The notes: generated by a model not told the origin, from the letters alone. A stretch of DNA of 64,000 nucleotides from a candidate division FCPU426 bacterium (GCA_963796105.1 CAWCKJ010000011.1:64001-128000); one strand, 5' to 3'; shown: positions 28,712 through 37,813, numbered from the stretch's first letter. Translations and numbers: made by a program.

Positions 28712-30127
28712 ATGAGTCATTCCCATGAACCCCACTACTCCGGTTACTCCAACCTTGACCGAAGACTTTGGATTTCCCTCCTCTTAAACTTAGCTGTCAG
28801 CTTGGGGGAATTTCTGGCTGGGTTCCTTTCCGGAAGCTTGGCCCTTCTCTCAGATGCGACTCATAACTTGAGCGATGTAGGTGCCATCGCGCTGGCCATC
28901 GCGGCTAGGAAGGTGGGACGCCTTCCCCCCACCAACCGCTATACCTACGGTTTTAAAAGAATGGAAATCATGGCTTCCATGATTAACGCCATCTTCCTCT
29001 TGGTTTTGGCCGCTCTTATCACCCGGGAAGCCCTGCAAAGCCTCGGAAATCCCGGCGTGCCGAAATCAGGCATCATGCTTTCCGTCGGCCTGGCGGCCCT
29101 GGCCGCCAACCTTGGATCAGTCCTGCTCCTGAAACGCCACGATCACGACGATGTCAACGTCCGAGGCGCCTTCATCCACATGCTCCAAGACGCCTTTTCC
29201 TCCCTAGCGGTAGTGTTGGCGGCGCTGTTGGCCCCCCTCCATCAGGGCCATTGGATGGATTCCCTTGCCGCTCTAGCTATTGGGGTCCTGATGGTTGTTG
29301 GGGCCATCAGTCTCCTTCGGCGTGTTTTTTCCACTTTGTTGGAAGGAGTCCCGGTGGATTTGGACGTGGACAGGCTGGCAACCCGGGTTTCCCGTGATTA
29401 TCCATCTGTCCGCCTTCATCACATCCATCTTTGGGAAAACGGGCCGGGGCAACGCCTGTTGACGGCTCATGTGGCCGTATCGCCTGAGAATGACGCCCGG
29501 GCTGTTGGCCAGCTTATATTGAAGTTGAAAAATTATTTACATGAGAATTGGAACATCAACCACTCGACTTTAGAGCCGGAGGTTGAGGCTTGTGAAGATC
29601 CGGCGCTCCTGGGGCATTGGCGGGAGAAAACGGGAAATATTCCCGCAACCATTAAAACGAATCGTTCCTTTTCTAATGTTGAAGATTCCATATCCCTTGC
29701 CGCAAAGAATGGCCACGGCCATTGCCTGATTTGCGGGGATTTGAATCCATTGTCCCTGAAATTATCCTTCCAAGCCGGGAAGGACGATTCGGTCTGGACA
29801 AACTTCCAGGGAAATTCAGGATTGCAAGGATACGAGAAAATCCTCCACGGAGGAGTGATTTCCTCCTTACTGGACGCGGCTATGACGCATTGCCTTTTCC
29901 ACCATAAAATACAGGCTGTAACCGGCGACCTTCATGTCCGTTTCGTTCATCCAGTCCCATGCGAGGCGGCCCTGGAAATCAAGGCATGGATCGTGTCCTC
30001 CAGGCCGCCGCTCTACATCCTGAATGCGGAACTTTCCTGCGACAAACGGGTCATGGCTTGGGCCGAAGCTAAATTTGCGCCTCAAGAAAGGTTTTTGTTA
30101 TCAAGAAAGATAAAGAGGTCGCCCTGA
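28712..30127 (+). CDS. Cation diffusion facilitator (CzcD/ZitB-like) fused to a PaaI-type hotdog thioesterase domain
   Basis: SLALLSDATHNLSD, TYGFKRME, HMLQD; C-terminal CLICG..NP..ILHGGVISSLLD. Confidence 0.85.
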   Translation: MSHSHEPHYSGYSNLDRRLWISLLLNLAVSLGEFLAGFLSGSLALLSDATHNLSDVGAIALAIAARKVGRLPPTNRYTYGFKRMEIMASMINAIFLLVLAALITREALQSLGNPGVPKSGIMLSVGLAALAANLGSVLLLKRHDHDDVNVRGAFIHMLQDAFSSLAVVLAALLAPLHQGHWMDSLAALAIGVLMVVGAISLLRRVFSTLLEGVPVDLDVDRLATRVSRDYPSVRLHHIHLWENGPGQRLLTAHVAVSPENDARAVGQLILKLKNYLHENWNINHSTLEPEVEACEDPALLGHWREKTGNIPATIKTNRSFSNVEDSISLAAKNGHGHCLICGDLNPLSLKLSFQAGKDDSVWTNFQGNSGLQGYEKILHGGVISSLLDAAMTHCLFHHKIQAVTGDLHVRFVHPVPCEAALEIKAWIVSSRPPLYILNAELSCDKRVMAWAEAKFAPQERFLLSRKIKRSP

Positions 30128-30245
30128 ATATTTTTGGTGACCTGATGTGATTTCCGGCTTCGGAGTTGCTTTCTTTTCAAAGAAATCCCAGAGCGGTCCG
30201 CAATGAGACTTTCGGGTTTTATTGATTGCCTCGATTTACCATTAA

Positions 30246-30338
30246 TTACAAATCCTCCCTTTGGCGCCGAAGCCTGGCCGCGCAGGATGCCCCGCCCGCC
30301 ACTCCCCCGACAATGACGACTTTTTTGAGGTTTTCCAC
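30246..30338 (-). pseudogene. 30-codon 5' remnant of a second CoADR-RHD gene
   Basis: VENLKKVVIVGGVAGGASCAARLRRQREDL*; DNA near-identical to 17733-17822. Confidence 0.85.
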
Positions 30339-30364
30339 TTGGGTTTACTTTCTCGAGTCCGTTC

Positions 30365-30733
30365 TTACGATTCGATGGGAAGTCCGCTTCGGCCCCAGGA
30401 TGAGATCCCCCCCGCGATATGGGCCGCATTCGTGAATCCCTTGTCCTGTAAAAGGCGCAAGGCCATTCCGCTGCGGTTCCCGCTCCGGCAGTAAAGGATC
30501 AGGGGCCTGGTTTTGTCGATTTCCCCCAGGCGGTTCGCCAGCTCGTGCAGGGGAAACAGTTTGGAACCGGTGATCCGGCCCTCGCGATTCTCCTCGGCGC
30601 TGCGCACATCCACCAGCTGGATTCTTTTATCCCCCTTGATCCTTTGGAACGCGTCCTGAGGGGATAACTCCGCGGCCGGGTTGGAGGGACCGGCACCCAG
30701 CAGCATCTTGATCAGCGAACCAATGCTTCCCAT
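30365..30733 (-). CDS. Single-domain rhodanese (paralogue of 17867-18232)
   Basis: LVDVRS..YCRSGNRS. Confidence 0.9.
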   Translation of the reverse strand: MGSIGSLIKMLLGAGPSNPAAELSPQDAFQRIKGDKRIQLVDVRSAEENREGRITGSKLFPLHELANRLGEIDKTRPLILYCRSGNRSGMALRLLQDKGFTNAAHIAGGISSWGRSGLPIES

Positions 30734-30817
30734 GAAAATCTCCTTTTGTTTGGAATGACTTATCGAAATCACTTCATTCTTTTTCCAGCCCATTACCTTT
30801 CATGCCAGTCACAATCT

Positions 30818-31018
30818 TCAACTCTTTTTGGGCGATACCCCGCATGTGCTGAAACCCAGCATCGCGTAAGGCGGGCACCAGCCCAGGATCCCCGTAACGA
30901 GGGGGATCAGACCTAAGAGGAACCAATAGCTGGATGGCCCCCAAAAGGCCAGACTGGTCAGAACCAGCCCCGCGGCGATTCTCACCGCTCTTTCCACCGG
31001 ATGAATATTTTTTTTCAT
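30818..31018 (-). CDS. YgaP/DUF2892 membrane protein
   Basis: MKKNI..ER..RI..G..LVTGILGWCPPYAMLGFSTC. Confidence 0.88.
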   Translation of the reverse strand: MKKNIHPVERAVRIAAGLVLTSLAFWGPSSYWFLLGLIPLVTGILGWCPPYAMLGFSTCGVSPKKS

Positions 31019-31091
31019 GACTGCCTCCCCATTTTTTAATAACGTCTTCCTCATTCCATAACCACTGTTTCTTTTAAGGCTTAGTTCAGGT

Positions 31092-31616
31092 TCATAGTTT
31101 CTTCCCCGCTTTTTCCAACGCCTCCTTGAGGGTTTCGCCATCCGTCATACCCGTGAATTGGTCGAGGATCTTTCCATTCATGAAAACAATGAGGGTGGGA
31201 ATTCCTTGGATGCCGTACCGGCTGGCAATCCCTCCCTGTTCATCGACGTTGAGCTTCCCCACGATGGCCTTGTCCCCCACCGCGTCGGTCAGTTTAGAAA
31301 CGATAGGCCCTTCCATCCGGCAGGGCCCGCACCAGGGCGCCCAAAAATCCACTAATACCGGCTTTTTCGACTTCAGGACTTCCTCCTCCCAGTTGGCGGC
31401 GCTGAAAACCTTCAAGGCCGGATTGTCCGCCTCTTTCTCCTGTCCGATTAAACCGCACCCGGTTGAATAGGCCATCAACAAAACCGCCAATATCCCATAG
31501 AGGACATATCTCCAAGGTTTTGCCTTAATGGCTTGAAAACTGGTTTTCAAGATCACCGCCCGGAAGTATCCGTATCCGAACAGGCACCCTATGACAACCG
31601 CTATTAAAAATTCCAT
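31092..31616 (-). CDS. Membrane-anchored thioredoxin
   Basis: [11 protein letters not shown]; two N-terminal hydrophobic segments. Confidence 0.88.
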   Translation of the reverse strand: MEFLIAVVIGCLFGYGYFRAVILKTSFQAIKAKPWRYVLYGILAVLLMAYSTGCGLIGQEKEADNPALKVFSAANWEEEVLKSKKPVLVDFWAPWCGPCRMEGPIVSKLTDAVGDKAIVGKLNVDEQGGIASRYGIQGIPTLIVFMNGKILDQFTGMTDGETLKEALEKAGKKL

Positions 31617-31664
31617 TTCACACCCCCTACAGGCCAACATGAACTTCTTAAGCGAGTTCTTGGC

Positions 31665-31991
31665 TTAATTTCCAGCCGCCAGTAATGCGGCTTCCAGTGC
31701 CGGCGCGTTTGTCACGCCAATGAAAGTATTCTTGGGCTCGCCTTTTTGGAAAACCATCAGGGTCGGAATCCCGCGGATACCGTACTTGGCCGCGATTTCT
31801 GGATGGTCGTCGCTATTAAGTTTCCCGACGACGGCCTTTTCCCCCACTTCTTCCGCTAGCCTCTCCACGATGGGCCCTTGCATCCGGCAGGGGCCGCACC
31901 AGGGCGCCCAAAAATCAACTAGGACGGGCTTCGAGGATTTCAGCACTTCCTTCTCCCAATTCTCAACCGTGAATTCCTTGACTTGTTTCAT
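31665..31991 (-). CDS. trxA: Thioredoxin
   Basis: [16 protein letters not shown]. Confidence 0.92.
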   Translation of the reverse strand: MKQVKEFTVENWEKEVLKSSKPVLVDFWAPWCGPCRMQGPIVERLAEEVGEKAVVGKLNSDDHPEIAAKYGIRGIPTLMVFQKGEPKNTFIGVTNAPALEAALLAAGN

Positions 31992-32004
31992 GACATCCTC
32001 CTTT

Positions 32005-32160
32005 TTATGAGTGGCTCAACATCAAACCCACGAATGCCCCGTAAAAGGTGCTGATCCAGGGGTTGGAAGTAATGGGGCAGGCTCCCGTGGAACAACCCAC
32101 TACCTTGTAATATCCGAACCCCAGCAAGCCCCCCAGGACCACCCCGATGATCATTCGCAT
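32005..32160 (-). CDS. DUF6132-like small membrane protein (51 aa, not in ORF track)
   Basis: MRMIIGVVLGGLLGFGYYKVVGCSTGACPITSNPWISTFYGAFVGLMLSHS; RBS GGAGG. Confidence 0.85.
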   Translation of the reverse strand: MRMIIGVVLGGLLGFGYYKVVGCSTGACPITSNPWISTFYGAFVGLMLSHS

Positions 32161-32233
32161 AATTTCCTCCGCCTTTATCAGTTTATTATCAAATGCTTAT
32201 ATAGAATTCCAAAAAAAATCAACCCTCTTTGCC

Positions 32234-32518
32234 TCATTCCCCGCAGAAAACTTCCCGCATCAACTCGATCAGCTTAAGCAGTTTCGGGTTCTGGATCGAG
32301 TAATAAACCATATTTCCTTCCCGCCTAGTCACGACGATGTCCCTGGCCCGCATTTGGAAAAGGTGCTGGGAGACATTGGACTGGCTTGTTCCCAGTTCCT
32401 TCGTGAGTTCCTGAACATTCTTCTCGCCCTCCGCCAGCATTGAGAGAATCGAGAGCCGGATAGGATGGGCGATAGCCTTAACGCAATGCGCCGCTTTATG
32501 GACGTGGGCAGTTTTCAA
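32234..32518 (-). CDS. ArsR/SmtB regulator, BigR/SqrR-like
   Basis: KAIAHPIRLSIL..SQSNVSQHL..VYYSI; C-terminal VFC. Confidence 0.9.
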   Translation of the reverse strand: MKTAHVHKAAHCVKAIAHPIRLSILSMLAEGEKNVQELTKELGTSQSNVSQHLFQMRARDIVVTRREGNMVYYSIQNPKLLKLIELMREVFCGE

Positions 32519-32537
32519 TCCAATAGCCCCCTTTTGA

Positions 32538-32559
32538 TATATTAGATAATACTAATATA
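32538..32559. promoter_or_regulatory. Palindrome TATATTAG-N6-CTAATATA, candidate ArsR operator
   Basis: Directly upstream of the arsR start. Confidence 0.6.
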
Positions 32560-32627
32560 CTTATATATGTCAATGGCTTTTTAAAAATTTTTAACAGGGA
32601 ATGAGCGATATGAATAATTGGTATTTT

Positions 32628-33401
32628 TTAATCTTTCGGGGCTCCCGAATTTTCAAACAATTCATCCGAAAGATGCCTGAAGAGCCGGCCCCGGGCGTGA
32701 ACCATCATGGAGAACATCTTTAACAGGGTGAAATACATCTTGGCCCAGAGACTTGAATACCTTTTCGCGAACTTCGGGTCCCCTTTCAAAGGGGTTTTCC
32801 CGCCGAGAATTTGCAGCCTTCCCGTTATCCTGCCAACGTCCTCGTACTTTTCCTCGTGCTTGGCCATGCTGGATCTTCCCTCAATTTCTTTCCAAGCTTG
32901 GTCGGTGTAAAAAATATATTCCTTGGCCTCCACATGATTTTTCAGGAGCCTGTGAAGGATGATGACATCCGGACCCGCCAACTCGTAGAACCTCCCCAGC
33001 TTATAGAACAGGGCTTTCCCCGCGTGCACCACCAGCTTGAGTTTCAGTTTCCGCACGTTGCCGCAGGCCCCGCAGGCGCAGACGCTCGAAAAGTGCAATT
33101 GCTCGGCGCGCTTGGTGAAGGCCTTGTAAAAACGGCCCATGCTATCCTCAAAAGATTTTTTATGCCTTTCCCACGCGTCCGGAGTGTTCTTGGGCAGGTA
33201 AAGAAAAATAGCGTCCCCCTCCAGTTTGGAGATCCTGAATGGAATTCGGACTTCCCCGATGACCGCCTGGATTAAGGCGGTAATGACAGCTTGGGCATGC
33301 CCCAAGCTTTTCTTCTCGCTCAGCATAAACCGGGTGTAACCCCCGATATCGGCGATAACCATGATGACTTCTTTTTCGACTTCGGGCCTCTTATTATCCA
33401 A
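32628..33401 (-). CDS. DUF2652 family protein (class III cyclase-like fold)
   Basis: IADIGGYT..KLEGDA..CACGAC..LKLVVHAG..ILHRLLKN. Confidence 0.8.
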   Translation of the reverse strand: MDNKRPEVEKEVIMVIADIGGYTRFMLSEKKSLGHAQAVITALIQAVIGEVRIPFRISKLEGDAIFLYLPKNTPDAWERHKKSFEDSMGRFYKAFTKRAEQLHFSSVCACGACGNVRKLKLKLVVHAGKALFYKLGRFYELAGPDVIILHRLLKNHVEAKEYIFYTDQAWKEIEGRSSMAKHEEKYEDVGRITGRLQILGGKTPLKGDPKFAKRYSSLWAKMYFTLLKMFSMMVHARGRLFRHLSDELFENSGAPKD

Positions 33402-33452
33402 AAGAAGATTCCTCCCTGAAAGCGCTTCTCATTCCCCGCCATTTTAATTTTA

Positions 33453-33914
33453 TCAAGCCATATTCGCGGCAAACCTGACGTAATCCGTTTCGGGGGGCGT
33501 GCCACCGGATTTTTTAATGAGCATGGCGATTTGGCCCCTGTGATAGGTCCCGTGGGTGACCAATTGGGTCAGGATGTCGGCAAGGACTGTTTCTTGGGGA
33601 ACGCCCTTGAGATTTTTATAAGCGACCTTTCCGGAAATTTGTTCCTCGGTGATTTTGGAGAGATACCCATTAGTCTTTTCCCTGATTTCATGATTCAGGC
33701 TCAAGCACTCCGGAATCGACAGCGGACAGCTCATATCGGGCGCGGGTACCTCCGGCGTTAACCGGGAAAGCCACAATTTCTTGGCCAGCAGGACATGGCT
33801 TATTTTCTTGATGGCCTCCCTGTCAGGAGATTCCATGTCCCCTAACGTGTGCAATTCCTTCTCATTGGCCCAAAAGTCGAACTCGAATAGTTTTTTAAAA
33901 TAAGCCTGGTTCAT
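33453..33914 (-). CDS. DinB family protein
   Basis: WAN...HV...WL.R...THGTYHRGQI. Confidence 0.88.
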   Translation of the reverse strand: MNQAYFKKLFEFDFWANEKELHTLGDMESPDREAIKKISHVLLAKKLWLSRLTPEVPAPDMSCPLSIPECLSLNHEIREKTNGYLSKITEEQISGKVAYKNLKGVPQETVLADILTQLVTHGTYHRGQIAMLIKKSGGTPPETDYVRFAANMA

Positions 33915-34191
33915 TTCTCACTCCCTGTCTTTGGATTTCATCATCTTGATAGTGTCAATCTTCCTTTAACCCTGTCATTTTCAAAACGATTTTATTTTTT
34001 AATCCTCAATGAATAACCGGTTGAATTCTTCACAAATCGTGCCGGCAAACCCGGCAATCTCCACTTCTTTGAAATAATTCCCGCTATGCGCAGACCATAA
34101 TAACATTCATAAAAACATTAAGGTTTCGCTATTATCATGAAAAAATTTCATCATTCCCTTGATTCCAAGTATTAAAATGTTGTTAGTAAGC

Positions 34192-34330
34192 ATTTGCCGA
34201 ATTGTTCCCAGGGGAACAAACGGGGGACCCGTTCATTTGGGGCTAACTCCTTCCTTGTTGAAGCGGGCAAGGAGAGGGCGGCGAGCCTTTCGCGCCGAGC
34301 CCGACAGCTAACCTCGCAGGCTTCGGAGGG
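34192..34330 (+). ncRNA. Cyclic di-AMP (ydaO/yuaA) riboswitch
   Basis: GCCGAAT..CGGGGGACC..TTTGGGGCTAA..AGGG..CCGAGCCCGACAGCTAACCTCGCAGGC matches the ydaO consensus; upstream of kimA. Confidence 0.9.
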
Positions 34331-34371
34331 CACGTCCTGATCTTCATGACGGCCCGGAATCGTTTTGGAGG

Positions 34372-36357
34372 GTGGTCATGGAAGAAAAAGTTCGGGAATG
34401 GCTTTTCGGCCAGTCGAAGAATCCCCTCGACCGGAATGTCTTCCACAAGATCAGCCTCATCGCCATCCTGGCCTGGGTAGGCCTGGGGGCCGACGGATTG
34501 TCCTCCTCCTCCTACGGCCCGGAGGAAACCTTCAAATCCCTGGGCATCCAATACCACCACCTTGCCCTCTTCCTGGCCATCGCGGTAGCCTTGACCGTCT
34601 TCATCATCTCGGCCAGCTACAGCCAGATCATCGAGTACTTCCCCTCGGGCGGGGGAGGCTACGTGGTGGCCAGCAAGCTCCTGCACCCCGTGGCGGGGCT
34701 GGTGTCCGGCTGCGCCCTCATCGTGGACTACATCCTGACCATCAACCTCTCCATCGCCGCTGGCGTGGACGCCATCGGGGATTTCATGCCTGGCGGCTTC
34801 ATCGCCCACAAGCTGGCCGTCGAGATCCTGCTAGTCCTGTTCCTGATCTGGCTCAACATGCGGGGCATCAAGGAATCGGTGACAACGCTCCTGCCCATCT
34901 TCATTCTCTTCGTGGCCACCCACATCCTCCTGATCTTCGCCGGCCTGATCGGCCACGGCTCCCAGATCGTGCCGGTGGTGCAAAGCTCTTTCCGGGAAAC
35001 CCACCAGATCGTCAGCGGCCCCGGGGGCCTCTGGGCCTTCCTGGTCATCTTCTTCACGGCCTACAGCCTCGGCGGCGGCACCTACACGGGCATTGAGGCC
35101 GTCTCAAACGGCCTTTCCAACCTGCGCGAGCCCCGGGTGCAGACCGGCAAGCGCACCATGATCTACATGGCCGTCTCCCTGGCCTTCACCGCCGGCGGGA
35201 TCATCCTTCTCTATATGTTGTGCGACGTGCCGGCCGTCAAGGACGAAACCATGAACGGCACCCTGGAAAAGATCGTATTCGGCTCCTGGGTCTGGGGAGG
35301 AATGGCCGTGGGCAAATGGCTCGTTTACGCGACCCTGATTTCCGAGGGGCTTCTCCTATTCATCGCGGCCCAGACCGGCTTCATCGACGGGCCCAACGTG
35401 CTGTCGAACATGGCGGTGGATTCCTGGTTTCCCCACCGTTTCGCCAACCTTTCCCACCGGCTGGTCCGCATGAACGGCATCCTGGTCATGGGCGTTTCCA
35501 CCCTCATCATCCTGGTCCTGGCCAAGGGAAGTGTGGACGCCCTGATCGTGCTTTACGCCATCAACGTTTACATCACCTTCACCTTGTCCCAGCTATCCAT
35601 GTGCGTGCACTGGTGGCAGGCCCGCAAGACCCAGAAGGACTGGAAAAGCCGCTTTGCCATCAACGGCCTGGGGCTGACCCTCACCTTCATCATCCTGGTT
35701 GCCACCGTCATGGCCAAGTTCCTGGAAGGGGGCTTCATCACGGTCACCCTCACAGGCGCGCTCGTTTTCCTCTGCTTCATGGTGAAGCGCCACTATCAGG
35801 ACGTCCGTAAGGCCTTGAAACGACTCGACGACGCCCTCATCAACCTGCCCCTCCCCGACCGCGACGCGTCCGAGCCTCCCCTGGGCCCCTGCGGCAAGGA
35901 AAACCCCGTGGCCGTGATCATGGTGGAAAATTTCAACGGGCTGGGCATCCACGCCATTTTTTCCATCCGCAAACTTTTCGGGGACAAGTTCAAGGACCTT
36001 CTTTTCATCTCCATCGGCCGGATCGACTCGAGCAAATTCAAGGGCGTGGAGGAATTGGAGAACTTGAGGGCGAACACGGAGGACAACCTGAGGAAATACG
36101 TGGAGCTGGCCCACAAGATGGGCTACCACTCGGATTTCCGCTATACCCTGGACATCGACATACTCGACGGCATGGAAAAGCTCTGCGACCAGGTGGCGGC
36201 GGAATTCAAGGACCCCACCTTCTTCTCTGGCAAGCTCATATTCGCGAAGGAAACCTTCTGGTCGCCCATCCTGCACAACCAGACGTCCCTGGAAATCCAG
36301 CGCCGCCTTTTGTTCAAGGGCAACAACATGGTGGTGGTGCCCATCCGGGTCCTGTAG
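34372..36357 (+). CDS. kimA: KimA/YdaO-like APC-superfamily K+ transporter
   Basis: DGLSSSSYGPEE, YFPSGGGGY, VDYILT, TGIEAVSNG; multiple TM helices plus cytoplasmic domain. Confidence 0.85.
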   Translation: MVMEEKVREWLFGQSKNPLDRNVFHKISLIAILAWVGLGADGLSSSSYGPEETFKSLGIQYHHLALFLAIAVALTVFIISASYSQIIEYFPSGGGGYVVASKLLHPVAGLVSGCALIVDYILTINLSIAAGVDAIGDFMPGGFIAHKLAVEILLVLFLIWLNMRGIKESVTTLLPIFILFVATHILLIFAGLIGHGSQIVPVVQSSFRETHQIVSGPGGLWAFLVIFFTAYSLGGGTYTGIEAVSNGLSNLREPRVQTGKRTMIYMAVSLAFTAGGIILLYMLCDVPAVKDETMNGTLEKIVFGSWVWGGMAVGKWLVYATLISEGLLLFIAAQTGFIDGPNVLSNMAVDSWFPHRFANLSHRLVRMNGILVMGVSTLIILVLAKGSVDALIVLYAINVYITFTLSQLSMCVHWWQARKTQKDWKSRFAINGLGLTLTFIILVATVMAKFLEGGFITVTLTGALVFLCFMVKRHYQDVRKALKRLDDALINLPLPDRDASEPPLGPCGKENPVAVIMVENFNGLGIHAIFSIRKLFGDKFKDLLFISIGRIDSSKFKGVEELENLRANTEDNLRKYVELAHKMGYHSDFRYTLDIDILDGMEKLCDQVAAEFKDPTFFSGKLIFAKETFWSPILHNQTSLEIQRRLLFKGNNMVVVPIRVL

Positions 36358-36378
36358 TCCCGGCCCGGAAAATGGTCT

Positions 36379-36774
36379 TTACTTGAGCCCCGCCAGGTAT
36401 TTTTTCCAAGGCTTCCAGTAATAGTCTTTCCAGCCCTTCTCCAGAAGGGCGGCATGCCCATCCGGCACGTTGGCATGGACCATCGTGATCACGGCCCCGC
36501 CGGCCGCCTTCTCGAAGGCCAGGATCAGGATGGACTCGCCGTCCTTGCTTTCCCAATCCGTGGCCCTCCAGGATTGGACGATCATTTTCCCGGGAACCAG
36601 CATGAGGTTGCGCCCCCGGATGTACCCATCATGGGCCGTAAAGGCCCCGCCCTTCTTGCGGCTCATCTGCGTCTTGGCCCCGATGGCCAGGCTGTGTTTT
36701 TCCGAGTCCAAATAAATGTCATAGAGCTTTTCCGGCGCGGTGTTGAATTTTATTTCCTGAACCAGTGTTTTCAT
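36379..36774 (-). CDS. SRPBCC/AHSA1 domain protein
   Basis: KIVQSWR-like IVQSWRATDW, HANVP, GWKDYYW. Confidence 0.85.
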   Translation of the reverse strand: MKTLVQEIKFNTAPEKLYDIYLDSEKHSLAIGAKTQMSRKKGGAFTAHDGYIRGRNLMLVPGKMIVQSWRATDWESKDGESILILAFEKAAGGAVITMVHANVPDGHAALLEKGWKDYYWKPWKKYLAGLK

Positions 36775-36806
36775 TTTCCCTCCCCTATTTATCCCGTGAA
36801 TTTCTC

Positions 36807-37373
36807 CTACCGGCTATAAACCGTCTCCCTGGGCATTTGGGCGGGACCCTTTTCCATCGCCAACCTCATCATCGTCAGCCCCTTCTCGAAATCACGGCCG
36901 ACCATTTCATCCATATTCATGAATAGGTGGAAAACTTTGGCGATAAAGTTATTCCGGCCTGTCATGGACCAGGTGACCTCGGTCAGGTCCCCCTCGGACT
37001 TGAAAGTGAAGACCGTGGTATTAGTGGCCTTGAAGGGTTTGAGGAACTCCAGCCGGATCAGGACGCTTTCGGCCGCTCGGCTCTCGATGATCCTCATGCT
37101 TCCCTCTCCGACTTTCCGGTTCCCCGCCCAGCGGTAAACAGCCCCTATCCCGGCTGTGGGGCCCTCGAATACACGCCTCATGGAAGGATCCGCATCCTCC
37201 CAGGGGGACCAGGCGCGCCACTGGTGAAAATCGTTTACGAGGGAATAAGCCGCCGACGGTTGGGCCGTGAGGAGCATCTTTCGCTCGACGCGGAACTCGG
37301 GGGGCTGCCGTAAGGCCAGGATGGATATGACCGCGAGAACCGCCGCCAGTGTGATAAGGATATAAATAAACAT
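36807..37373 (-). CDS. SRPBCC (polyketide cyclase/dehydrase-like) protein
   Basis: FRVER..WSPWE..GAVYRWAGN..VGRDFEKGL. Confidence 0.88.
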   Translation of the reverse strand: MFIYILITLAAVLAVISILALRQPPEFRVERKMLLTAQPSAAYSLVNDFHQWRAWSPWEDADPSMRRVFEGPTAGIGAVYRWAGNRKVGEGSMRIIESRAAESVLIRLEFLKPFKATNTTVFTFKSEGDLTEVTWSMTGRNNFIAKVFHLFMNMDEMVGRDFEKGLTMMRLAMEKGPAQMPRETVYSR

Positions 37374-37506
37374 GGTTTCCTCCCCCTTTTACTTGATGGA
37401 CCGCCGCTTCCGGCCCGCTCGCTTGGCAAACCTCATCCAACGAACCTGTTTAATCGTAGATTTGCTCCAGCAAAAATTTCAAGACAGGGGGAAATTTAAT
37501 TTTATG

Positions 37507-37593
37507 TAGCCACCTTACTGGCGGAATCCACCGCAGCAGGTTATCCCACATTTATCCCAGCCAAGGCTGGGGTTTTCCACGAAGGTGGATAAA
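37507..37593. repeat. REP-like palindromic element, family C, copy 2
   Basis: aatccaccgcagcaggtt...atcccagccaaggctggggttttccacgaaggtggataaa. Confidence 0.75.
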
Positions 37594-37622
37594 AAAACCC
37601 ATCCAGTTTCGGCTGGATGGGG
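37591..37622 (-). terminator. Intrinsic terminator of the kdp operon
   Basis: Minus strand CCCATCCAG-ccgaaa-CTGGATGGG followed by a T run. Confidence 0.8.
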
Positions 37623-37659
37623 TGGTTAAAGGGTGAACCTGATTAAAAAAAATACCCTT

Positions 37660-37740
37660 TTATCCAATGTTCTTGATGTAATAAATAGACAAGACCAGCA
37701 TGGTCACCATAATCCCGATCGGCAATAGTGCTCCACCCAT
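37660..37740 (-). CDS. 26-aa single-TM peptide after kdpC
   Basis: MGGALLPIGIMVTMLVLSIYYIKNIG; RBS GGAGG; lies before the terminator. Confidence 0.55.
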   Translation of the reverse strand: MGGALLPIGIMVTMLVLSIYYIKNIG

Positions 37741-37813
37741 GGCGCGCCTCCTTGATTGATTTCCAGCTTCTAAAACTACTTCCCCGCTAAAACCACATTC
37801 CAAAGCTCCCCTG

